Positions 25,123 to 34,762 of a stretch of 64,000 nt of DNA are shown piece by piece. Origin of the DNA: Dehalococcoidia bacterium (GTDB taxonomy: Bacteria; Chloroflexota; Dehalococcoidia; Lucifugimonadales; UBA1123). Where the stretch lies: the NCBI GenBank assembly GCA_965232905.1, contig OZ247432.1, positions 95,668 through 159,667 on the forward strand, given 5' to 3'. Below the pieces are notes generated by a model, which saw nothing but the letters and a program-made list of their open reading frames with translations, had not been told where the DNA came from and made no database searches. Within the stretch, counting starts at the first letter, position 1. Every line of letters begins with the position of its first letter. Both the position numbers and the translations under genes were made by a program.

Positions 25123-28100
25123 ATGTACTTCGACTGGCGACTTTTTGGGCTGACTCGCGGAGTGCGACTCAGGATACTGCTTGCTGCAGTACTGGGCCTG
25201 ATCGCGGTGGGAGCCGGAGTAGCCCGGTTGGCCGTGTCCGGCGTGGTAATCTACCAGGTTCTTACCGGGCAGGCAGGCTTTTCGTCTCTTGCACTGCCTC
25301 TTTCGGTCATCGCCGGGTTGATTGTCATCCGCGGCATCTTCCAATATTGGCAGTACGCAGTCAGCCATCACACCGCGAACATCGTCAAGATCAACCTCCG
25401 CCGTGACGTGTATGAGCACGCGCTGAAACTGGGCCCGGGATACTTCGACCGCAACCGCACGGGAGACGTCGTGCTCACCCTGGTCGAAGGTATCGAACGC
25501 CTGGAGACATTCTTTGGGCAGTACCTGTCCCAGATCATCGTGTCTGCGATTGCGCCGATCGCGATCTTCGCCTACATGGTGACGCTGGATGTCTACATCG
25601 CGCTCATCTTCCTTGTGTTCTCATTCCTCACCCTCGCAGTGCCGGCCATGTTCTATACGTGGAACCGCGATAGCAGCTTCAGGCGTCGGGAATCATACGG
25701 AGAGCTCGGAGCGGACTTCCTTGATAGCGTGCAGGGGTTGTCCACACTCAAGGCCTTTGGACAGAGTGAGAGTAGAGGCAGGGCTCTGGCGGAGCGCGCC
25801 AACAATCTCTACCGCAGCACCATGGGCGTTGTTGCCGCCAACGGCGCGACGAGCGGCGCCTCGATCTTCTTTATGGCAACTGGCGCAGCCGTCGCCCTGG
25901 CAGTGGGGGCGGTCAGAGTCAGCAACGGAGACATGGAGCTCCGTCCTCTGCTGATCGTGCTCATGCTTGGCGTGGAGATATTCAGGCCGATGCGCGAGCT
26001 GACCAACCTGTATCACCAGGGGATGACGGTTATCTCTTCGTCCCAGAGCGTATTCGCGATCATGGACGAGCCCGTCTCAGTCGAGGAGTCCGAGTCGGCC
26101 CTCAGTGGCGCGGCTCCTGAGCTCAGTCCGGATGTCTCGTTCGAGAATGTGACGTTCGGCTACGAGGGGGGGCACAGACAGGCGCTGGAGAACGTCTCAT
26201 TCGACCTCCGCGAGGGAGAGACTCTCGGAGTGGTGGGAGCGAGCGGGGCAGGGAAGTCGACGCTCGTTTGGTTGATGTACAGGTTCTACGATCCTCAGGC
26301 AGGGTCGATCAGGCTGGGCGGACATGACCTGCGCGATCTTCCACTCAACACCATCAGGGACAGCATATCGGTCGTCACACAGGACACTTACCTGTTCCAC
26401 GGGACCGTCGCCGAGAATCTGCGTTTCGGTAAGCCGGGCGCGACACAGGAGGAGCTCGAGGAGGCCGCTCGTGCAGCGAACGCGCATGAGTTCATCACAC
26501 ACCTGCCGCACGGGTACGACACTATAGTCGGGGAGCGAGCTGTTCGGCTGTCTGGTGGGCAGAGGCAGAGACTGGCAATTGCGAGAGCGGTCCTTAAGGA
26601 CGCACCGATCCTTCTCCTAGACGAGGCACTCTCAAGCGTGGACGCGGAGAACGAGACTGTCATCCAGGCCGCGCTCGATCGCCTCATGGAGAATAGGACG
26701 ACACTCGTGATAGCTCACCGGCTATCCAGCGTAATCAATGCTGACCGAATCCTGGTGCTGGACGAGGGACAGGCCGTCGAGATCGGCTCCCACGACGAGC
26801 TAATGGCCGCCGATGGGACTTACGCCGGCCTGATGAGGCAGCAGACAGAGGTGAGTGGAGGCGAGGTCGTCACTATAGACAGGCATCTGGCACGTCCCAA
26901 TGTGCCCACCGACCACGAGCCGGACCTTTCACAATTCGCGGCCGGCCACGGCCATCACCACCCGCCGCCATCGGCTTCTGAAGATGACAGCGGACAGATC
27001 AGCGTGCGGTCACTCAACGTCTGGATTCGGCTGTTCGGACTGGTCCGGCCGGTCAGGTTCCAGTTCCTGATCACACTCGTGCTTGGAATGCTTCATCACG
27101 GATCGATCATAGTGCTGGGCGCACTGAGCGCGCTGCTGGTCGGCGCGGTGTTCCGCGACGAGCCACTTACGACGCTGGTGGTGCTCGTGTGCATCTTCGC
27201 GCCCCTGTCGTCGCTGCTCTTCTACCTGGAGTCCTGGCAGGCGCATGACATGGCATTCCGGCTGCTGGCGAGAATGCGGATCGACCTCTATAACAAGCTG
27301 GAGCCGCTCGCGCCGGCGTACATGGTGAGGCGCAGGTCGGGCGACTTCGTCAGCGTCGTTGGGGGAGACGTGGAGACTGTCGAGTACTTCTTCGCCCACG
27401 CCATCTCGCCCATGATCGTCGCAATTCTGATACCGGGTGGTCTGCTGGTGGCGCTGGCTTTCATAGCCTGGCCAATCGCTGCCGTGCTGGCCCCGTTCCT
27501 TATTGCAGTGGCGGTCAGCCCCTACTTCGCGAATACCCGAATCGAACGTCTCGGAGACGAGATCAGAGGGCGCATGGGAGACATCCACGCCTTCATGGTC
27601 GACAGCATCCAGGGAATGCGGGAAATCTCGGCGTTCAGACGCGGCTGTGACCGCAACGAAGAGTTGACCCAGAAGGGTTGGGACTACGCCGGACACCTGG
27701 TGCGCTTCCAGAAGTCGCAGGCCTTCCAGATTGGCTTCATGGAGGCCATGATGGGGCTTGGCGGTCTCGCCGTGCTGGCCATGGGCGTATGGCTCGTGCT
27801 CGATGGGCAGATCGAGCGAACTTACCTGCCCCTCGTGAGCGTGCTGGCCCTGGCGTCATTCAGCCCGGTGACGGAGCTGGCGCGCACCATGAAGCAGATG
27901 ATGGAGACGCTGGCCGCATCCCGCAGGATACTCGCTGTCCACGACGAAGAGGTGGCGGTGAAGGACGGTCCAGGCGTGTTCGGGGAAGCCGCTGAGCCAT
28001 TCTCTCAGACCCCCTCAATCGACTTCGAGGACGTTGAATTCGCGTACTCGCACGGCGACCCGCAGGCGCTTGAAGACGTTTCATTCGAGATCGGATCGGG

Positions 28101-28761
28101 ACAGACCGTGGCAGTCGTGGGCCGCTCAGGCGCGGGCAAGACCACCAGCGCATATCTCATGATGCGGTTCTGGGACCCGAACCGGGGCAGAATCTCGCTG
28201 GAAGAACACAGTCTGGACCAATTCCGACTCGACGATCTGCGGAGCCGAATCGCTCTGGTCGCCCAGGACACTTACCTGTTCAACAACACGATCCGCGAGA
28301 ACATTCGCCTGGGCCGTCACGACGCCACTGACTTTGAGGTCGAGGAGGCCGCGGGGCAGGCCAACGCGGCAGAGTTCATAGACTCTTTCCCTGAGGGCTA
28401 CGACACACTTGTCGGGGAGAGGGGGATGCAGCTTTCCGGCGGTCAGAGGCAAAGGATCGCGATTGCCCGTGCAATCCTCAAGAATGCTCCGGTACTGATT
28501 CTCGACGAAGCGACTTCGCACCTGGACGCCATCAGCGAGACGACGGTCCGGGATGCGCTGAACAGACTCATGGAGGGTCGCACTACGGTCGTGATAGCAC
28601 ACCGGCTGTCGACGATTCGCGACGCCGACAACATACTTGTCCTCGACGATGGGCAGGTGGTTGAGCAGGGTACGCACACGCAGCTCCTGGAGCGTGGCGG
28701 CCTGTATGCCCAGCTAGTGTCAGCCCAGATGGTTGGAACGGCGCCGGGAGGACCAGACTAA
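25123..28761 (+). CDS. fused two-half ABC exporter (TMD-NBD-TMD-NBD; CydD/CydC-like organisation)
   Basis: 1212 aa. It has two Walker A motifs (GASGAGKST; GRSGAGKTT), two LSGGQRQR signatures and two LDEA Walker B motifs. A His/Pro-rich linker GHGHHHPPPSASEDD joins the halves. Confidence 0.85.
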   Translation: MYFDWRLFGLTRGVRLRILLAAVLGLIAVGAGVARLAVSGVVIYQVLTGQAGFSSLALPLSVIAGLIVIRGIFQYWQYAVSHHTANIVKINLRRDVYEHALKLGPGYFDRNRTGDVVLTLVEGIERLETFFGQYLSQIIVSAIAPIAIFAYMVTLDVYIALIFLVFSFLTLAVPAMFYTWNRDSSFRRRESYGELGADFLDSVQGLSTLKAFGQSESRGRALAERANNLYRSTMGVVAANGATSGASIFFMATGAAVALAVGAVRVSNGDMELRPLLIVLMLGVEIFRPMRELTNLYHQGMTVISSSQSVFAIMDEPVSVEESESALSGAAPELSPDVSFENVTFGYEGGHRQALENVSFDLREGETLGVVGASGAGKSTLVWLMYRFYDPQAGSIRLGGHDLRDLPLNTIRDSISVVTQDTYLFHGTVAENLRFGKPGATQEELEEAARAANAHEFITHLPHGYDTIVGERAVRLSGGQRQRLAIARAVLKDAPILLLDEALSSVDAENETVIQAALDRLMENRTTLVIAHRLSSVINADRILVLDEGQAVEIGSHDELMAADGTYAGLMRQQTEVSGGEVVTIDRHLARPNVPTDHEPDLSQFAAGHGHHHPPPSASEDDSGQISVRSLNVWIRLFGLVRPVRFQFLITLVLGMLHHGSIIVLGALSALLVGAVFRDEPLTTLVVLVCIFAPLSSLLFYLESWQAHDMAFRLLARMRIDLYNKLEPLAPAYMVRRRSGDFVSVVGGDVETVEYFFAHAISPMIVAILIPGGLLVALAFIAWPIAAVLAPFLIAVAVSPYFANTRIERLGDEIRGRMGDIHAFMVDSIQGMREISAFRRGCDRNEELTQKGWDYAGHLVRFQKSQAFQIGFMEAMMGLGGLAVLAMGVWLVLDGQIERTYLPLVSVLALASFSPVTELARTMKQMMETLAASRRILAVHDEEVAVKDGPGVFGEAAEPFSQTPSIDFEDVEFAYSHGDPQALEDVSFEIGSGQTVAVVGRSGAGKTTSAYLMMRFWDPNRGRISLEEHSLDQFRLDDLRSRIALVAQDTYLFNNTIRENIRLGRHDATDFEVEEAAGQANAAEFIDSFPEGYDTLVGERGMQLSGGQRQRIAIARAILKNAPVLILDEATSHLDAISETTVRDALNRLMEGRTTVVIAHRLSTIRDADNILVLDDGQVVEQGTHTQLLERGGLYAQLVSAQMVGTAPGGPD

Positions 28762-28783
28762 GTCTGATTCGGCAGGGCTGCCT

Positions 28784-28802
28784 CTCGCTCCTGAGGAGCG
28801 AG
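28784..28802. terminator. GC-rich stem-loop between convergent ABC genes
   Basis: CTCGCTCC / GGAGCGAG forms an 8-bp stem with a 3-nt loop, inside the 43-nt gap between stops 28761 and 28805. No U-tract. Confidence 0.35.
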
Positions 28803-28804
28803 GC

Positions 28805-30652
28805 CTAGTGGCCGTTTCTAGCTGCGGGGAGCGCCGCGTCAATGGCGGCGTAGTTCATCTTGTACAGGTGAGCGTACAGCCCGTCGTCGGCCATCAGCTT
28901 GTCGTGATTGCCGATCTCCATGACTTCGCCGAAGTTCAGGACGACAATCTTGTCCGCGCCCCGTATGGTGGAGAGCCTGTGAGCGATCACGACGGCAGTG
29001 CGACCCTTGAGCAACCCTTCGAGCGCACGTTGGATGAGGACCTCGGTGTAGCTGTCGATGTTCGCAGTCGCCTCGTCCAGGATCAGAATCTTGGGGTCAG
29101 CGACAATCGCGCGCGCAAAGCTGATTAGCTGGCGCTGGCCGATGCTCAGATTTCCACCGCGCTCAGCGAGGAACGTATCGTAGCCGTTCTCGAGCGCCAT
29201 GATGAAGTCGTGGGCGCCTACTGCCTGCGCGGCTTCAAACATCTGCTCGTCGGTGGCTTCAGTGTGGTTGTACTTGATGTTCTCCCTAACCGTGCCTGAG
29301 AACAGGTAGGGCTCCTGGAGTACCATGCTCATCTGGTTGGCGAGGCTGCTCCTCACTACCTGCCTGACGTCATGGCCGTCGATGGAAACGGTTCCGCGGC
29401 CTGGCTCGACATCATAGAAACGCGACATCAGGCTTATAAATGTTGTCTTGCCGGCGCCGGTGGGTCCGACGACTGCTACGACCTCGCCCGGCTCTATGTG
29501 GACGTTTACGTCTTTCAGAACGTCTTCGCCTTCGACATAGCTGAAGCTGACGTTCTTGAACTCGATCTCGCCCTTGATGTTAGGAAGCACTGGCGCGTCT
29601 TCTTCGTCGACCAGATCGGGTTCCCAGTCAAGCAGGTCGAATATACGGGAGCCGGACGCCATTGAGCGCTGGAGCTGTGTGTACATCATCGTCAGGTTGC
29701 GGATCGGATCGAAGAACCGTTGGATGTAGAGAATAAAGGCGACAAGTGTGCCGATTTCCAGGGCTCCGCCGCCGATCAGGCGGGCGCCGAAGAAGAGGGC
29801 CAGCCCGATTGCCACTGCGGTCAGGATGTCGACTGCAGGGATAAGGCCTGCGGACAGCCGGCTTGCGGTCATGTTGGCCTCACGATGATCAACGTTCAGA
29901 TCGTTGAACCCGTCGAGGTTGCGGTCCTGCCGGTTCATGGCCTGGACCACCCGGATGCCTGTGATGTTCTGGTTTAGCTCGCCGTTCACAATCGAGATGG
30001 TCCGGCGGACTTCCACGAAAGCCTTACGTGCGAGGGGCTGCCACACCAACATCGTAAGTATGAGGAGAGGCAGCACGGCCAGGGTGATCAAACCCAGTTG
30101 GAAGTCCAGGATCAACAGGGCAACGATGATTCCGATCAGGCCGAGCAGCTCTCCCAACGTCATTACGACGAGGGCGGCAAACTCCTGGAGCTGACCGACG
30201 TCCCCCTGGACTCGGGACATCATCCGGCCCACTTCGGTCCTGTCGTAGAACGAGACCGACTGTTTCTGGACATGGTGGAAAACATCGCGCCGCAGGTTGT
30301 ACAGGATTCCCTGTCCGACCTTTTCCATCGAAAACTGCATGATGAAGTTCATTACCCAGTTCAGTGCGGCGATCGCAATGAACAGGATGAACATGAACGT
30401 CAGGCCGGCGTAGTCGCCCACCTCGATAAAGCGGTCGATTCCGATTTTGATTGCCCAGGGAATCGCGACCTGAGTGCCAGTGTAGACAAGCATGGCTAAC
30501 GCTGAAATGATGGCCAACTTCTTGAAGGGCAGTATGTAGGGCAGAAGCTTTAGTACGACACGCTGATCGTAAACGGCGCCAAACATCTCCTCGTCGGGAT
30601 GTCCCCGCCGGGCGCTGCCCCCACCGAATCCCATTCCGCCGCCCATCATCAT
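28805..30652 (-). CDS. ABC exporter half-transporter (TMD-NBD), consensus Walker B but non-canonical signature
   Basis: 615 aa. GPTGAGKTT, ILILDEATANID (catalytic Glu present), and signature LSIGQRQ instead of LSGGQ. Confidence 0.88.
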   Translation of the reverse strand: MMMGGGMGFGGGSARRGHPDEEMFGAVYDQRVVLKLLPYILPFKKLAIISALAMLVYTGTQVAIPWAIKIGIDRFIEVGDYAGLTFMFILFIAIAALNWVMNFIMQFSMEKVGQGILYNLRRDVFHHVQKQSVSFYDRTEVGRMMSRVQGDVGQLQEFAALVVMTLGELLGLIGIIVALLILDFQLGLITLAVLPLLILTMLVWQPLARKAFVEVRRTISIVNGELNQNITGIRVVQAMNRQDRNLDGFNDLNVDHREANMTASRLSAGLIPAVDILTAVAIGLALFFGARLIGGGALEIGTLVAFILYIQRFFDPIRNLTMMYTQLQRSMASGSRIFDLLDWEPDLVDEEDAPVLPNIKGEIEFKNVSFSYVEGEDVLKDVNVHIEPGEVVAVVGPTGAGKTTFISLMSRFYDVEPGRGTVSIDGHDVRQVVRSSLANQMSMVLQEPYLFSGTVRENIKYNHTEATDEQMFEAAQAVGAHDFIMALENGYDTFLAERGGNLSIGQRQLISFARAIVADPKILILDEATANIDSYTEVLIQRALEGLLKGRTAVVIAHRLSTIRGADKIVVLNFGEVMEIGNHDKLMADDGLYAHLYKMNYAAIDAALPAARNGH

Positions 30653-30707
30653 GGGAGTTCAGTCCTTTCGTGCGCGACTTGTGTGCAGAAACTATGCATC
30701 TTGCTCA

Positions 30708-32495
30708 CTAGCTTCCCGTAGCCGGGATGGGCGATTCCAGTTCACGCATTACTTCTTCCTGAGGTCGGAGCTGGAGGTCGTAGATCTCCTTGTAGAGCCC
30801 GTCATGCTCCACGAGTTCCTGGTGGGTGCCCTGCTCCGCAATCTGACCCTCTCTCATGACAATGATCTTGTCGGCGCGGTGCACTGTACTGAGACGGTGG
30901 GCAATCACGAACGTAGTCCTGCCCTCCATGACGGACTCCATGGCCATCCTGATCTGCGATTCGGTCTGCGCGTCAACGCTGGAAGTGGAGTCGTCGAGTA
31001 TGAGGACCGGAGGGTCGAGCAGCACGGCGCGAGCGATGGACATACGCTGGCGCTGACCGCCCGACAGAGTGGAGCCACGCTCTCCGACGTGAGTGTCGTA
31101 GCCGTCAGGCAGCGACTCAATGAATTCGTGCATCTGGGCAATCTTTGCTGCCCTTTCGATCATCTCCTGGGTAGCGTCGACATTTCCGTAGGCGATGTTT
31201 TCACGGATCGATGTGGTGAACAGGAAGACATCCTGCTGAACGATGCCGATGTTGCGTCTCAGAGACTCCAGACTGACATTCCGTATGTCGGAGCCATCGA
31301 TGGATATCCAGCCGCCTGTGGCGTCATAGAAGCGGGGTATCAAGTTGACGACGCTGGACTTACCGCTTCCCGGTGGTCCAAGCAGAGCGACAACCTCACC
31401 GGGCTGGGCATCCAGGTTCAGGCCTCTCAGGACGCGCCTGGTATGGTCATAGCTGAATGTAACATTGTGGAACCTGACACGACCTCGTGGTCTCCGCAGC
31501 TCGCGCGCGTTGACGTCGTCCTCGACAGGTGACTTGGCGTCGAGAATCTCGAACAGACGCTGTCCGGCGGACGCGGCACGGGCATACGAGTTCACGAGCC
31601 AGCCAGCCATTCGCACGGGCATCTGAAGCATCTGCAGGTAGAAGATGAACTCAGCCAACTCGCCAACTGACATGTCGCCGCTCATTACGCGCCGACCGCC
31701 GAAGAAGAGGATCAGTCCCATCGCCATCAGGAACGTGAAGAGCATGAAAGAGGTGCTGGAGGCCCGCATCTTCTCGGCCTCTATGAAGTGGGCCGAGACC
31801 TCGCGATTGCGGCGCTCAAACTTCGTCTCTTCATGAGCTTCAGCGGCAAACGCCTTCACCACTCGTATACCAGTGAAGTTCTCCTGGAGCACCGTGCTCA
31901 TTTCGGCCATCTTCTCCTGGACGATGAGCCAGATGTTGCGCATCTTCAGCCGGATCATCGCGGAGTAGATCATTACGACCGGCATGAAGCTGGCGCTGAT
32001 GAGGCCGAGCCTCCAGTCCTTTACGAACAGGATTATGGCGACGACCAAGAAGAGCAGGAGGAAGTACGGAGTACGGACCAGGCCCATGTTGATGAACATT
32101 CGGATGTTCTCGACATCAGTGATGGCCCGAGACATGAGCGCGCCGGTGTGGTAGCGGTCATGAAAGCCGAAGCTCATGTGCTGTACGTGGTTGTACAGGG
32201 AGTTTCTTATGTCGTACGAGACCATCTGGGAAAGCGCCTCACCCAGGTAGGTCTGGAAGTACGAGAGCACACCCCTGATGACGCTCAGCCCCAGGATGAT
32301 GGCAGAAATGGTGAAGATCGCGTCAAGACTGGTTGAACCAGTCTCGAACATCTCTTTGATTTCGTCGACAGCCTGCCCCATGTATCGGGGCATGAGAACA
32401 AACGCAATAAGCGCTCCGACCATGCTGATGTAGGCTCCAATGAGCCTCCACTTGTGGTTGAGCGCTATACCGATGATGCGGGCGATTTCTATCAT
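30708..32495 (-). CDS. ABC exporter half-transporter (TMD-NBD), catalytic Glu replaced by Asp
   Basis: 595 aa. GPPGSGKSS, canonical LSGGQRQR, and Walker B VLILDDSTSSVD (D in place of E). Confidence 0.88.
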   Translation of the reverse strand: MIEIARIIGIALNHKWRLIGAYISMVGALIAFVLMPRYMGQAVDEIKEMFETGSTSLDAIFTISAIILGLSVIRGVLSYFQTYLGEALSQMVSYDIRNSLYNHVQHMSFGFHDRYHTGALMSRAITDVENIRMFINMGLVRTPYFLLLFLVVAIILFVKDWRLGLISASFMPVVMIYSAMIRLKMRNIWLIVQEKMAEMSTVLQENFTGIRVVKAFAAEAHEETKFERRNREVSAHFIEAEKMRASSTSFMLFTFLMAMGLILFFGGRRVMSGDMSVGELAEFIFYLQMLQMPVRMAGWLVNSYARAASAGQRLFEILDAKSPVEDDVNARELRRPRGRVRFHNVTFSYDHTRRVLRGLNLDAQPGEVVALLGPPGSGKSSVVNLIPRFYDATGGWISIDGSDIRNVSLESLRRNIGIVQQDVFLFTTSIRENIAYGNVDATQEMIERAAKIAQMHEFIESLPDGYDTHVGERGSTLSGGQRQRMSIARAVLLDPPVLILDDSTSSVDAQTESQIRMAMESVMEGRTTFVIAHRLSTVHRADKIIVMREGQIAEQGTHQELVEHDGLYKEIYDLQLRPQEEVMRELESPIPATGS

Positions 32496-32716
32496 AAGAT
32501 GTTCGCTGGAGCGATCCTCCTCGCCGAGCTCCGGGAGAGGAACGCATCCCCTAGCGAAACTGTTTCACCTGCCTCTAGCGGTGCATTGTACAACCCTTGC
32601 ATGGGGTTAATGCAAGGTTAACGTCTAGTTGATTTCCCAAAAAAGGTTTCAGGAATCAGCTATGGCGCGTCCGGGAATTCCATGCGGCTAACTTGCGGGA
32701 ACGGAATTCGGGTTGC

Positions 32717-33973
32717 CTACTCGTAGCGCAGTGCGTCTATGGGATGGAGCCTGGCGGCTCGGAGCGCAGGGTAGATCCCGAAGAAGAGCCCGATGCCTAT
32801 GGACACGCCCAGCGCCAGGATCGTTATCTGGGCATCGATGGATGTCTCCAATGTCGGACCGCCGAGGAAGTCCTGCCCATTCATCGCCATGGTTATAAGA
32901 CCCCCAAGAGCCAGCCCGACCAGCCCGCCGCCGAAACTCAGCACGGCGGCTTCTGTCACGAACTGGAGCATGATGTCGCGACGCTTCGCTCCCATTGCCT
33001 TTCGGATGCCGATCTCACGCGTGCGCTCCGTAACGGTGACGAACATGATGTTCATTATGCCGATACCGCCCACAAGCAGGCTGATGGCAGCAATGCTGCC
33101 CAGGAAGATAGTGAACGCGCCGATCGCGCTCTCAATCGCCTCCAGTGCCTGTTCTTGTGTGGTGATGGTGAAGTCGTCTGCTTCGACGATGCGGTGTCGC
33201 AGCCGCAGAATGTCCCTGACCTCGCGCTCCGCGCTCTTGGCGACTTCGCTGGATTCCGCCTGAACGTTGATGCTGCCGACCTGGATCTCGCCTTTGGAGT
33301 TTGGGTGGAATTGCAGCCGGTAGTGAGCTGTAGTCAGGGGGATCATTATGTTCCGGTCCAGGAACCCGAAGAACCCGCCCTCCTTGCTCTCCAGGACCCC
33401 GATAATTGTGAACGGCTTGTCGTTCAGCTTGATAGTCTGCCCGACCGGACTTCTAAGTCCAAATAGCGACTCCGAAATGCCCGCGCCAAGAACGGCTACC
33501 GACGCGGCATCGCGAACGTGGACAGGGGCAATGAACTCGCCCTGCTCAGCGACATACAGTCGGACGTCGTCGTAGTCCGCAGTGACGCCAAGAATCGTCG
33601 TATCGTCCGAGCGTCTGCCATACTCTACGCGTGCCCAGGTGTTGATCTCCGGGGCAACGGCGACTACAGATGGTGCGTTGACGGGATCGAGGAGCGCATA
33701 GGCGTCATCAAGCGTCAGTGTGTCTTCATCTCCACCCCCCCCGAAGAACGCCCCGAAACCCTCGTCATCGCTCGAACCGGGTGTGACCGTGATCAGGTTC
33801 GTCCCGAGTGACTCGAACTCCGACGTAATCGACTTCTGCACTCCCTGACCGAGCGAGATCAGGACAATCACTGCGGTTACGCCAATGACTATGCCGAGCA
33901 GCGTAAGCGCTGCTCGAAGCTTGTTCGATGCCAGCGAAGACAGCGCCGTGAGCATTATGTCCAGGGGATTCAC
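32717..33973 (-). CDS. MacB/FtsX-type ABC permease with large extracytoplasmic domain
   Basis: Start re-assigned to GTG 33973..33971, which overlaps the upstream TGA as GTGA. The N-terminus VNPLDIMLTALSSLASNKLRAALTLLGIVIGV is typical MacB. C-terminal FtsX block with 4 TM helices. Confidence 0.85.
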   Translation of the reverse strand: MNPLDIMLTALSSLASNKLRAALTLLGIVIGVTAVIVLISLGQGVQKSITSEFESLGTNLITVTPGSSDDEGFGAFFGGGGDEDTLTLDDAYALLDPVNAPSVVAVAPEINTWARVEYGRRSDDTTILGVTADYDDVRLYVAEQGEFIAPVHVRDAASVAVLGAGISESLFGLRSPVGQTIKLNDKPFTIIGVLESKEGGFFGFLDRNIMIPLTTAHYRLQFHPNSKGEIQVGSINVQAESSEVAKSAEREVRDILRLRHRIVEADDFTITTQEQALEAIESAIGAFTIFLGSIAAISLLVGGIGIMNIMFVTVTERTREIGIRKAMGAKRRDIMLQFVTEAAVLSFGGGLVGLALGGLITMAMNGQDFLGGPTLETSIDAQITILALGVSIGIGLFFGIYPALRAARLHPIDALRYE

Positions 33974-34740
33974 GCTATAGAAGGCTCCGTGGACTGCAGT
34001 GGGCCTTGCCCGGCGGCACTCCTTGCACCGCCCGGCCACTGCTCCCCGCCGGGGCCCCAGGTATCCCGGTGACTGTCACCCACAACGCGACCATCGAGCA
34101 TGGAAATGATCCGGTTGGTCTCGGCCGCGATGTCGAACTCATGCGTCACGATCATCAGGGTGAGTCCCTGCTCACGGTTGAGGTCCTTGAGCAGAGTCAT
34201 GATCTCCTCGCTGGACGTGCTGTCCAGGTTCCCGGTGGGCTCATCGGCCAGCATGATGCTCGGTTCCTTGACGAGAGCCCTGGCTATTCCCACACGCTGC
34301 TGCTGACCGCCGGACAGCTCGGTCGGCTTGTGGTTGGCCCGGTCTCCGAGCCCGACCATCTCGAGCGCTTCCATCGCGCGGCGCCTCCGGTCAGTCCCAC
34401 TGTTGTACATCAGGGGAAGCTCGACATTGGCACGCGCCGATAGCCTTGGCAGCAGATTGTAGGTCTGGAATACGAAACCGATCTGCCTGCCTCGAATCTC
34501 CGAGAGGCGGCTGTCCGACATCTTGCTGATGTCCTGGCCTTCCAGCTCGTAGCGTCCGCTTGTAGGGGCGTCCAGGCAGCCGACGAGATTCATGAGCGTG
34601 GACTTGCCCGAGCCTGAAGGGCCGATAACCGCTACCATCTCGCCCTCTTCGATCTCCAGGGAGACTCCCTGCAGGGCGCCCACCTCGACCTCGCCCATCC
34701 TGTAGATCTTCGTCACGTCTTCCAGTGTAATCAGGGCCAT
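33970..34740 (-). CDS. MacB/LolD-type ABC ATPase
   Basis: 256 aa. GPSGSGKST, LSGGQQQRVGIARAL, IMLADEPTGNLD. Carries a C-terminal extension of about 35 aa. Confidence 0.92.
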   Translation of the reverse strand: MALITLEDVTKIYRMGEVEVGALQGVSLEIEEGEMVAVIGPSGSGKSTLMNLVGCLDAPTSGRYELEGQDISKMSDSRLSEIRGRQIGFVFQTYNLLPRLSARANVELPLMYNSGTDRRRRAMEALEMVGLGDRANHKPTELSGGQQQRVGIARALVKEPSIMLADEPTGNLDSTSSEEIMTLLKDLNREQGLTLMIVTHEFDIAAETNRIISMLDGRVVGDSHRDTWGPGGEQWPGGARSAAGQGPLQSTEPSIA

Positions 34741-34762
34741 TACAAGAGTACCTCAGTTATTC

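Noticed and set aside
32595-32617. Perfect 8-bp hairpin CCTTGCAT/ATGCAAGG in the 221-bp gap after the MacB permease gene. It overlaps a possible TTGCAT-N19-TACAAT promoter on the minus strand.
   Set aside because: Not listed as a feature. As a terminator it lacks a downstream U-tract; the T-run precedes it on the transcribed strand. As a promoter the 19-nt spacer is long. It is worth checking only with transcript-end mapping.
30651-33466. Plus-strand ORFs of 293 aa (30651..31532), 182 aa (31788..32336) and 257 aa (32693..33466).
   Set aside because: They are antisense shadows of the ABC exporter and MacB permease genes. High-GC genomes generate long open antisense frames.
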